Source: a virus
Virus record (IMG/VR): IMGVR_UViG_3300045988_027937
Coordinates: 1 to 30,848 of that record
Strand: one strand, 5' to 3'
DNA: 30,848 bases
Shown: piece by piece, positions 24,516 to 30,848 of the stretch
Layout: the number at the start of each line of letters is the position of its first letter
How positions within the stretch are numbered: position 1 is the first letter of the stretch
Made by a program: the position numbers and the translations under genes
The notes under the pieces: generated by a model
The model's database searches: none
Told to the model about the DNA's origin: nothing
The model's input: the letters and a program-made list of their open reading frames with translations, nothing else

Positions 24516-24809
24516 ATGGCACTAAAAGAACACCGGATTTTAATGATTGATCTTCTGAAAAAAGAAATAGCCGCCAACAGCTGGCTGACGGCTTGCAGCG
24601 ACGAGGAAGTGGATGGCATTTGCCAAATGGCTGTGCGGTTCAACCGCGATGGGTTCGACACTGACGCGCTTGTGTGTATATCGATGGCAATACAAGGCTT
24701 CAGCTACACGGAGGACAGCCGGGTGGAGATCGCCGACAAGCTGGTAAACAAATGCTGCCGTGTGCTGCTGGTCAATGACGGCGACGGCAGCCGCTGGGAC
24801 GGGAGATAA
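24516..24809 (+). CDS. Hypothetical protein (97 aa), a possible distant paralogue of 24235..24495
   Basis: ATG at 24516 after AAAGGAGGAAG. Confidence 0.6.
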   Translation: MALKEHRILMIDLLKKEIAANSWLTACSDEEVDGICQMAVRFNRDGFDTDALVCISMAIQGFSYTEDSRVEIADKLVNKCCRVLLVNDGDGSRWDGR

Positions 24810-24864
24810 AAAGATAAGATAGCGCCGGGCGGGAACAAAGCCCGGCAAGAAAGGAGAACAAGAA

Positions 24865-25275
24865 ATGAACAGATGTGCGATTTGTGGCCGTGTCGTTGAC
24901 GGCTGGGAGATCAGCGGCGGCGTGTGTGACAGCTGCGCAGAAGCTATGGACGATGACAAGATGGTTTGCCCGATTTGCGGCAAAGAACATTACAAAGAGG
25001 ATATGCCGCACGGCGTTTGCTCCGACTGCTTGGGCGAGACTGCTTGGAAGTTTGACACAGTCAAGGAGATCGTCGGAGACGAAAAAGAGAGCGTTCAGCT
25101 ATCTGCGTTGGTAGTTTCAATGTTAGACCCGGACGAAATCGAGGAAATCTGCGAGAGAGAAATCCGAAAGGCTGTTGAAGCCGGAGAGGTTGACCTTTCG
25201 CCGGTGATAGAAGCGGACGAGGACTGGTTCTGCGAGCGCTTCATTGAACACGATAGAAAGGAGGGTGAGAGATGA
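24865..25275 (+). CDS. Zinc-ribbon protein (two CxxC...CxxC pairs) with an acidic C-terminal half
   Basis: The Cys pairs are CAICG...CDSC and CPICG...CSDC. RBS GAAAGGAG. Confidence 0.6.
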   Translation: MNRCAICGRVVDGWEISGGVCDSCAEAMDDDKMVCPICGKEHYKEDMPHGVCSDCLGETAWKFDTVKEIVGDEKESVQLSALVVSMLDPDEIEEICEREIRKAVEAGEVDLSPVIEADEDWFCERFIEHDRKEGER

Positions 25276-25430
25276 GCGACACGACAATTAGGGACAACTT
25301 GCTGTTGGTCAAAATGACCGACGACGAGAAAGAGCAAATCCGTCAGGCGGCTAAACTGCTGGGGCTGACTATGTCAGCTTATGTTCGTATGGTTCTGCTC
25401 GCAGCAGCGGGCAAAGAGAAAGGAGAGTAA
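25272..25430 (+). CDS. Ribbon-helix-helix (CopG/MobC-like) DNA-binding protein (52 aa)
   Basis: MSDTTIRDNLLLVKMTDDEKEQIRQAAKLLGLTMSAYVRMVLL fits the RHH pattern (beta strand, then lt.eE...i...A...g.s.s.yvR). It is below the track cutoff. Confidence 0.65.
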   Translation: MSDTTIRDNLLLVKMTDDEKEQIRQAAKLLGLTMSAYVRMVLLAAAGKEKGE

Positions 25431-25434
25431 AAAA

Positions 25435-26061
25435 ATGGCTATCATTGTAATGATTTACGGCCAAAGCGGCACAGGCAAGTCCACCAGCTTGCGAAACTTC
25501 GCAACGGATGATGTGGCAATCGTAAATGTGAGTGGAAAGCCGCTGCCGTTCAAAAACAAATTGAAGACCTACAATAGCGACAATTATGCCAAGATTGAAA
25601 AGGCTATTGCAGCAGCACCGCAGCAGTCCATTGTGATCGACGACGCAACCTACTTGATGGTCAACGAGTTTATGCGAAACGCTAAGGTTACAGGGTATCA
25701 AAAATTCACCGATATGGCTCTTTCGTTCAATCACCTGGTTGAATTTGCCGCCAAGCTGCCGGACGACAAAATCGTCTACTTCTTAGGACACAGCGACCAA
25801 ATGGACGATGGCCGGGAGCACTTCAAGACGATTGGGAAAATGCTGGACAATTATGTTACTCTTGAGGGGCGGTTCACAATCGTTCTCAAGACAGTTGTGC
25901 AAGATGGCCGATACTGCTTCCAAACGCACAACAACGGACAGGACACCGTCAAGAGCCCGTTGGGAATGTTCGACCAAGACTTGATCGACAACGATCTCAA
26001 AGCGGTTGACAGCGTTATCCGTGAATATTACGACATTGGCGGTGCAACCGATGAGCAGTGA
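25435..26061 (+). CDS. Sak4-like / AAA_24 RecA-fold ATPase (recombination)
   Basis: ATG at 25435. Walker A YGQSGTGKST and Walker B VIDDATYL. It is followed by a DUF669-type SSB, as in Sak4 modules. Confidence 0.7.
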   Translation: MAIIVMIYGQSGTGKSTSLRNFATDDVAIVNVSGKPLPFKNKLKTYNSDNYAKIEKAIAAAPQQSIVIDDATYLMVNEFMRNAKVTGYQKFTDMALSFNHLVEFAAKLPDDKIVYFLGHSDQMDDGREHFKTIGKMLDNYVTLEGRFTIVLKTVVQDGRYCFQTHNNGQDTVKSPLGMFDQDLIDNDLKAVDSVIREYYDIGGATDEQ

Positions 26062-26287
26062 AACGCTGAACGGCGTTAAATCGTTTATTGACGGAACCGC
26101 CACTGTCGTTGTACACTTTCCAGTAGACTGGCAAGGTCGCAGCTTTGTGTGTTGTGTACAGTGTCCGTATCTGTCGAGCAGCAAGCGATACTGCCAGCTT
26201 AATCAGCAATCGGTTCAATTTCCGGAGCATTATATTGGGTATGATTGCCCGCTAAAATTTGAAGAACAAAAGGAGTTTGAAAAATGA
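26051..26287 (+). CDS. Small Cys-rich hypothetical protein (78 aa)
   Basis: The ATG at 26051 overlaps the previous gene's end. Confidence 0.5.
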   Translation: MSSETLNGVKSFIDGTATVVVHFPVDWQGRSFVCCVQCPYLSSSKRYCQLNQQSVQFPEHYIGYDCPLKFEEQKEFEK

Positions 26288-26862
26288 AAAAGTTTGATTT
26301 CGAAGCAAAAAAAACAGGGATGTCATCCGACCCGCTGCCCGCTGGTGGGTATGTGGTGAAGATTGTAAATGCGCTCATCAAGACATACGATTGGGGCGAA
26401 GTGCTGGTCGTTTCTTTTGACATCGACGAGGGCGAGTATAAAGACTTCTTCCGTCTGCAGTTTAAAAATTCACCTTTCGAGGACAAGAAATGGAAAGGCA
26501 ACATCCGTGTGACGGTTCCGGATAAGGCCAATCAGTGGTACGAAAGCCAGCTGAAGCGGTTCGGAAACTTGATTGCTTGCTTAGAGGAGAGCAACGACGG
26601 CTATCATTGGGACTGGGACGAAACGGCACTCAAAGGCAAGCGCATTGGCGTTCTGTTCCGAGAGAGAGAATGGGAGTACAATGGCAACACCGGCTGGACG
26701 ACCGAGGCTTGCTCTATTCTGTCGGTGCAGGACATCCAAAACGGCAAGTTCAAGACGCCAAAGGCAAAGCCGCTGCCTGCAAGTCAAAAACCGGCTGCCG
26801 TTGACAGCAACGCTGATTTTGAAGTCATCGACGACGGCGACGATGACGACCTGCCGTTCTAA
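26284..26862 (+). CDS. DUF669-type single-stranded-DNA-binding protein
   Basis: 192 aa. N-terminal LPAGGYVVKIVNA...DIDEGEYKDFF and an SSB-style acidic tail DDGDDDDLPF. Confidence 0.7.
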   Translation: MKKFDFEAKKTGMSSDPLPAGGYVVKIVNALIKTYDWGEVLVVSFDIDEGEYKDFFRLQFKNSPFEDKKWKGNIRVTVPDKANQWYESQLKRFGNLIACLEESNDGYHWDWDETALKGKRIGVLFREREWEYNGNTGWTTEACSILSVQDIQNGKFKTPKAKPLPASQKPAAVDSNADFEVIDDGDDDDLPF

Positions 26863-27380
26863 TGCGGCAGGCTGAAATTGAGGCGGTGCTGGACACAATG
26901 CAAATCGTTGTTGACACGAGAGAACACCGAACAGCGGAGGCCGTCAAGAGATGGGAAGCCTTTGGCGTTCCGTATCGTCAAGATAAGCTGGACTTCGGCG
27001 ACTACGGGGCGGAATTTGACCTACCTGGATTTGGCAAATGGATTTGCCCAGCTGTGGTGGAGCGCAAAATGTCATTGACAGAAATTTGCGGTAATTTCTT
27101 TCAGCACCGAGATCGGTTCGTTCGTGAGTTTGAGCGAGCAATGGCGGCAGGCTTCAAAGTCTATCTGCTGATCGAGGGCGAAAGCTGGGAGGCTGCATAC
27201 GCTGGGCGTTACCGATCAAAGGTTCTGCCGCAGTGCCTGGTGGCAAGCCTAACGGCTTGGATGGCTCGGTATAACTGTGTCGTTCTTTTTTGCACCGCCA
27301 GGACGGCGCCGAAGTTGATTAAAGAGGTGCTATATCGTGAAGCAAAAGAAAGGCTTGCACAGTATGGATACAAAAATTGA
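26862..27380 (+). CDS. ERCC4/XPF-Mus81-type nuclease (putative Holliday-junction resolvase)
   Basis: 172 aa with VVDTRE, then GDYG, then VVERKMSLTE (a GDY...ERK signature). Confidence 0.6.
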   Translation: MRQAEIEAVLDTMQIVVDTREHRTAEAVKRWEAFGVPYRQDKLDFGDYGAEFDLPGFGKWICPAVVERKMSLTEICGNFFQHRDRFVREFERAMAAGFKVYLLIEGESWEAAYAGRYRSKVLPQCLVASLTAWMARYNCVVLFCTARTAPKLIKEVLYREAKERLAQYGYKN

Positions 27381-27424
27381 AAGGTGAAAGGAAAATAACA
27401 CAAGAATTGTCAAAACAAAAGGAG

Positions 27425-27517
27425 GTGGTCAAGATCGACACTCCGGAGTTGGTACTGGTGGAAAAACTGGCAGACACCGAACGCGGAAATGGCGGATTTG
27501 GGAGCACAGGGAGGTGA
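27425..27517 (+). pseudogene. Relic of a dUTPase C-terminus (motif V only)
   Basis: It translates to VVKIDTPELVLVEKLADTERGNGGFGSTGR*. RGxxGFGSTG is the terminal motif V of trimeric dUTPases. No motifs I-IV are present upstream (frame open only from 27341, no ATG). Confidence 0.6.
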
Positions 27518-27524
27518 AAGATGA

Positions 27525-27737
27525 ATGAAAAAGCGTATAAAGCTGCGGGCGATGACAGAAAGCGAGTTTTGCAGAACTCAAGAATGCGAAACTTGTCCGG
27601 AATTTCTTCCAACATTAGGCAACCAGTTTAAGACAAGATGTATGTCGAGCATTAAAAAGATGTTGTCCGGAGAATATGGCGATAAGCCGTACCGCAACAG
27701 TGACGGCAAGTATATTTTGGTGCAAGCAGATGATTGA
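27525..27737 (+). CDS. Hypothetical protein (70 aa)
   Basis: GGGAGGTG lies 8 nt upstream of the ATG at 27525. Confidence 0.5.
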   Translation: MKKRIKLRAMTESEFCRTQECETCPEFLPTLGNQFKTRCMSSIKKMLSGEYGDKPYRNSDGKYILVQADD

Positions 27738-28290
27738 TTATGCAACAGAAATCAAGGAACGGCTAAACACGGCGGAGGTGCTGGAAGCATACGGAATTCA
27801 CATTGACAGGAAAGGGCGGGCTGTCTGCCCTTTCCACAACGACAACACGCCGTCAATGCAGGTCTATTCCGGAAGCAATGGCTACCACTGCTTTGCGTGC
27901 GGAGAGAACGGAGACATTTTGACATTCGTACAAAAATATTTTGGAATTTCTTTCTTGAAAGCGTGCGAGAAGTTGAACACGGACTTTTCGCTTGGCTTGC
28001 CGATTGGACAGCGAATTTCTGTCAGAGAACAGCGGAAGATGGAGCGGGCAACCAGGGAACGCAAAGAAAAGCGCAAGGCAGAAAAGGCAATGCAGGAGCG
28101 GTTGGAGCGTGACTACTGGGCAGCGTTCGACGAGTGGGCAAGACTGGACTGCCAGCTGCGCAAATACCGACCACAGGCCGCCACAGAGCCGTTAAACCCA
28201 CTTTTTGTTGAAGCGCTACAACGGATAGGCTTGGCAGATGAAAGGCTCACACAGGCCGATTTAAGGAGGCGAGGAAGTGCTTACAGATGA
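27730..28290 (+). CDS. CHC2 zinc-finger (DnaG-primase-type) protein
   Basis: ATG at 27730. The sequence CPFHNDNTPSMQVY...YHCFACGENGDILTFV is the CHC2 finger. Confidence 0.85.
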   Translation: MIDYATEIKERLNTAEVLEAYGIHIDRKGRAVCPFHNDNTPSMQVYSGSNGYHCFACGENGDILTFVQKYFGISFLKACEKLNTDFSLGLPIGQRISVREQRKMERATRERKEKRKAEKAMQERLERDYWAAFDEWARLDCQLRKYRPQAATEPLNPLFVEALQRIGLADERLTQADLRRRGSAYR

Positions 28291-29743
28291 ACAGATACAA
28301 GTAATTGCAACGCCGGAGCAACTGCTTAACACCGACCTGCTGCTGGACTTATGTGAGGAGCGGCCGGAGGATCAAGCAAGGCTGGCGGCGCTGATGGCTA
28401 TTAAGGCAAAGGAATTCGGCATACAACAGGAATTCAAGAGCGTACTCAAAGCGTTTAACAAGGCCAACGAGAGCCTTGCCAAAGAATACAAGCGGACAAA
28501 TGCAAAGCTGCGCTGCGGTGTTGACTTGGATTTTGATGCAAACGGCCGGCCGGTGGTGTCGATAGACAACTTTGTAAAGGTACTCGAGGGCGACCCACGG
28601 TTCTCCGGTATAAAGTTTAACTTGCTTACATACAGCCCGGAGAAAACCGTCAATGGAGTGGCTGAACGGTGGACGGACGCTGACGACGCAGAAATGCGGC
28701 GGTATATTGAGAAGAAGTACGGCTTCCACAGCGTACAGAAAAGCGAGGACGCTATGCGTATTGTGCTGGCTCATCACGAATACCACCCAGTGCGTGAGAT
28801 TGTGGACGGATTGGAATGGGACGGCGTTTCGCGGATTTCCTACTTCTTAGCAAAGTGGACGAAATGCGAAGACACACCGTACACCCGAGAAGTCAGCCGC
28901 CTTATCTTTGCCGGCGGTATCCACAGGCTATACAATCCAGGTTGCAAATTCGACGATATGCCGGTGCTTATCGGCACAAAGCAGGGCGAGGGCAAGTCAA
29001 CGCTGATCCGCTGGCTTGCTTTGGCGGACGAATATTTCACGGAGGTCAACGAGTTTGATGGTCAGCGCGGCATTGAATCCATCGAGGGTGCGTGGATTTG
29101 TGAGGTTTCGGAACTGCTTGCAATGACACGCACCAAGGAGCAAGAGGCCGTCAAGTCCTATCTTACCCGGCTAAATGATCGCTACCGAATGCCATTTGAC
29201 AAGCGAGTGACCGACCACCCACGGCAGTGCATTTTTATAGGCACGACCAACAAAGAGCAGTTTTTGACCGACAAGACAGGCAACCGGCGGTTCTATCCGG
29301 TGCGGGTGAAGCAAAGCGGATATGAGTTGTTTGACAATGAAAAGCAAATCAAAGCCGACATCCGACAGTGCTGGGCAGAAGCGCTTGAACTGTACAAGGC
29401 CGGCAAGTTGCTGCCGTATGCAGACCGGTCGCTGATTGACGACATCCGCAAGGAGCAGGCAGAAGCAACGGAAGATGATTTCCGTGTCGGTATGATTGAG
29501 GACTATTTGGAAAACAAAACCGAGATTTGCGTGCTTGAACTTTGGCAGGAGGCTTTGCGGATGGGCGAATATTCCAAGCCTACCAAAAAGGAAAGCCAAG
29601 AGATCGGGCTCATACTCCAATCAATGAGCGGGTGGGTCAAGCAGCCTTATCCGAAGAAGTTTCCGGTGTATGGAAACCAGCGCTGGTGGGCGAACGAGGA
29701 TAATTCCGACCAAATCGACCTTGACGACATCCTTGAAATTTAG
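28277..29743 (+). CDS. VirE-family primase/helicase-like P-loop protein
   Basis: 488 aa. Walker A GTKQGEGKST and the FIGTTNKEQFLTDKTGNRRFYPVRV signature. GTG start after AAGGAGG. Confidence 0.85.
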   Translation: MLTDEQIQVIATPEQLLNTDLLLDLCEERPEDQARLAALMAIKAKEFGIQQEFKSVLKAFNKANESLAKEYKRTNAKLRCGVDLDFDANGRPVVSIDNFVKVLEGDPRFSGIKFNLLTYSPEKTVNGVAERWTDADDAEMRRYIEKKYGFHSVQKSEDAMRIVLAHHEYHPVREIVDGLEWDGVSRISYFLAKWTKCEDTPYTREVSRLIFAGGIHRLYNPGCKFDDMPVLIGTKQGEGKSTLIRWLALADEYFTEVNEFDGQRGIESIEGAWICEVSELLAMTRTKEQEAVKSYLTRLNDRYRMPFDKRVTDHPRQCIFIGTTNKEQFLTDKTGNRRFYPVRVKQSGYELFDNEKQIKADIRQCWAEALELYKAGKLLPYADRSLIDDIRKEQAEATEDDFRVGMIEDYLENKTEICVLELWQEALRMGEYSKPTKKESQEIGLILQSMSGWVKQPYPKKFPVYGNQRWWANEDNSDQIDLDDILEI

Positions 29744-29770
29744 CCGAAAATCCTCCGCTTTCGTGGTGTT

Positions 29771-30032
29771 TGTAGCGTTGTAGTAGACTTTGTAGTCAGA
29801 CTTTGTAGTGCAAAAATTTGGCGCAACAAAGCCAAAAAAACCACATTCTCTATATAAACACTACAAACACTACATTATTTGAGAGAATAATATAAAATAA
29901 GGAAAAAAGTAAAAATAGAAATATATTTATAGCAGACACCGTAGTTTTTGTAGTTTGTAGCGGCTCGAAAGTCTAAAATTTGGCGTGGTTGAGCCAAAAA
30001 TGGGTCGCTACAAACTCACTACTACATTGTAG
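29771..30032. repeat. Iteron module B (extended copy of module A)
   Basis: TGTAG starts at 29771, 29779, 29791 and 29804. TTTGGC-N8-GCCAAA lies at 29817-29836. CTACA starts at 29861 and 29870. The AT-rich core spans 29875-29939. (C/T)GTAG copies start at 29940, 29949 and 29956. A second dyad lies at 29979-29998, followed by CTACAAAC at 30008 and the palindrome CTACATTGTAG at 30022-30032. Confidence 0.85.
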
Positions 30033-30058
30033 GTTGCTTTGCAGAAAGGGACGAGATA

Positions 30059-30388
30059 ATGGACAAGAGTTTAGAAAAATCTGCCGCTGACGGCAAAATC
30101 TTACCAAAAGGGCTGACAGCAGCGGACAGCGCCGAGTATATCGGCCTGTTGGCTATATATCGGCTGTTCCGTGCTGGGCTGATGGACAAGGAAACCGCCA
30201 AACGGCAGAAAGGAGCATTGCGGTACAACTGCACCAAGCTGCGGTCGGAGGCAGAGTTTTTGAGCCGTGAAGCGCTGGCGCTGGATGAACGAATCACCGC
30301 CGCAACGGAAGCGTACACCGATGACAAGAACCTGGACACAGCGGAGGAGTTATATCGCGCGTTTTACCATTTGCCGCCAAAGCGTTGA
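30059..30388 (+). CDS. Hypothetical helical protein (109 aa), first gene after module B
   Basis: RBS GAAAGGGA lies upstream of the ATG at 30059. Confidence 0.55.
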   Translation: MDKSLEKSAADGKILPKGLTAADSAEYIGLLAIYRLFRAGLMDKETAKRQKGALRYNCTKLRSEAEFLSREALALDERITAATEAYTDDKNLDTAEELYRAFYHLPPKR

Positions 30389-30435
30389 TTTTTGGCGGCT
30401 TTTCTGCTACAATTAGATTTAGGAGGTGCATTTGA

Positions 30436-30848
30436 ATGAAAGTTGAAATGCGAGCGCTGGACAGTATCAAACCGTATGAGAAAAACGCGAAAAAGCACGA
30501 TCAAACCCAAATTGACAATGTAGCCGAGAGCATTCGGCAGTATGGATTTGTGCAGCCGATTGTGGTTGATCGTGACGGAGTAATCGTGATCGGTCATTGT
30601 CGAGCACTTGGAGCGAAAAAACTCGGATTGAAAGAGGTGCCGTGCGTCTGCGTTGATGACTTGACGGAAGAGCAAGTGAACGCATTGCGTATCGTCGACA
30701 ACAAGACAAATGAGAGCGATTGGGATTTTGATTTGCTCGAGCAAGAGTTGCCGGAAGTCGATTTGAGCGATTTTTGCTTTCAATTTGATTTTTTGCATAA
30801 ATGTGATGATAATTTTATATCCGACGAAATTGCCCACCCAAAAAAAAC
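30436..30848 (+). CDS. ParB/Srx-like nuclease domain; 5' part of a ParB-domain/DNA-methyltransferase fusion gene that continues at base 2 after removing the 99-bp overlap
   Basis: ATG at 30436 lies 10 nt after AGGAGG (30421-30426). The translation MKVEMRALDSIKPYEKNAKKHDQTQIDNVAESIRQYGFVQPIVVDRDGVIVIGHCRALGAKKLG fits the ParB-like N-terminal pattern. There is no stop before the window end, and the frame is continuous with 14..937 (30436 maps to -313, same phase as 14). Confidence 0.85.
   Translation, partial: MKVEMRALDSIKPYEKNAKKHDQTQIDNVAESIRQYGFVQPIVVDRDGVIVIGHCRALGAKKLGLKEVPCVCVDDLTEEQVNALRIVDNKTNESDWDFDLLEQELPEVDLSDFCFQFDFLHKCDDNFISDEIAHPKK
30750..30848. repeat. 99-bp terminal direct repeat, copy 2
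   Basis: Identical to bases 1-99. Confidence 0.95.

Noticed and set aside
24824-24846. Perfect 7-bp GC hairpin GCCGGGC-N9-GCCCGGC after the gene ending at 24809
   Set aside because: No U-tract follows (AAGAAAGGAG, the next gene's RBS), so it is not a convincing terminator. It may be a transcript-stability element, but the support is too weak to call it a feature.
25381-25434. The track's upstream start (25381) for the ATPase gene
   Set aside because: It would overlap the RHH gene by 50 nt and has no RBS. The ATG at 25435 immediately follows the RHH stop and gives the typical MAIIV..YGQSGTGKS N-terminus.
27521-27634. Alternative 37-codon ORF from ATG 27521, overlapping the 27525 ORF
   Set aside because: The SD spacing is too short (about 4 nt). 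The frame starting at 27525 is longer (70 aa) and better spaced.
30364-30837. 157-aa minus-strand ORF at the window end
   Set aside because: It is antisense to the ParB-like domain ORF, which has a strong AGGAGG RBS and a recognisable motif pattern.

Overview
The window is a complete, circularly closed phage genome. About 30,749 bp are unique, because bases 1-99 recur verbatim at 30750-30848. It is a siphovirus-type tailed dsDNA phage of a Gram-positive, Clostridia/Bacilli-like host, judged from GGAGG-type ribosome-binding sites, textbook sigma-A promoters, a phi-LC3-type holin and an XhlA-like protein. The plus strand carries, in order: a ParB-domain/DNA-methyltransferase fusion that crosses the junction, small and large terminase, portal, SPP1-gp7-like head morphogenesis protein, scaffold, major capsid and neck proteins. 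These are followed by the major tail protein, a G/G-T chaperone pair with a clean -1 slippery site, tape measure, distal-tail/tip/fibre genes and a holin-endolysin block. Next come a sigma-region-4-like regulator, small early genes, and a replication/recombination module (RHH protein, Sak4-like ATPase, DUF669-type SSB, ERCC4-type nuclease, CHC2 zinc-finger primase protein, VirE-like primase/helicase). I saw no integrase, repressor, tRNA, rRNA, CRISPR array or transposase. Four things are not explained by an ordinary phage map, listed in my order of interest. (1) A roughly 200-260 bp non-coding module occurs twice in direct orientation, at 8035-8230 inside the late operon and at 29771-30032 after the primase/helicase gene. 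It is built from TGTAG/CTACA pentamer iterons with conserved spacing, a TTTGGC-N8-GCCAAA dyad and an AT-rich core, and the two copies exactly bracket the packaging/head module. (2) A self-contained five-gene minus-strand operon (21779-24037) encodes a Q/N/Y-rich protein, a Q-rich small protein, a Cys-rich membrane protein with a YjcZ-like N-terminus, a BclA-C-terminal/C1q-like jelly-roll protein and a ferritin-like helical protein. This looks like a spore-surface or cell-envelope cassette and is the best candidate for an undescribed system. (3) An orphan perfect-consensus promoter followed about 180 nt later by an intrinsic terminator, with no credible ORF, is a candidate ncRNA or attenuator. 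(4) A 30-codon relic of a dUTPase C-terminus is present. All protein names come from reading the supplied translations by eye (motif recall), not from database searches.
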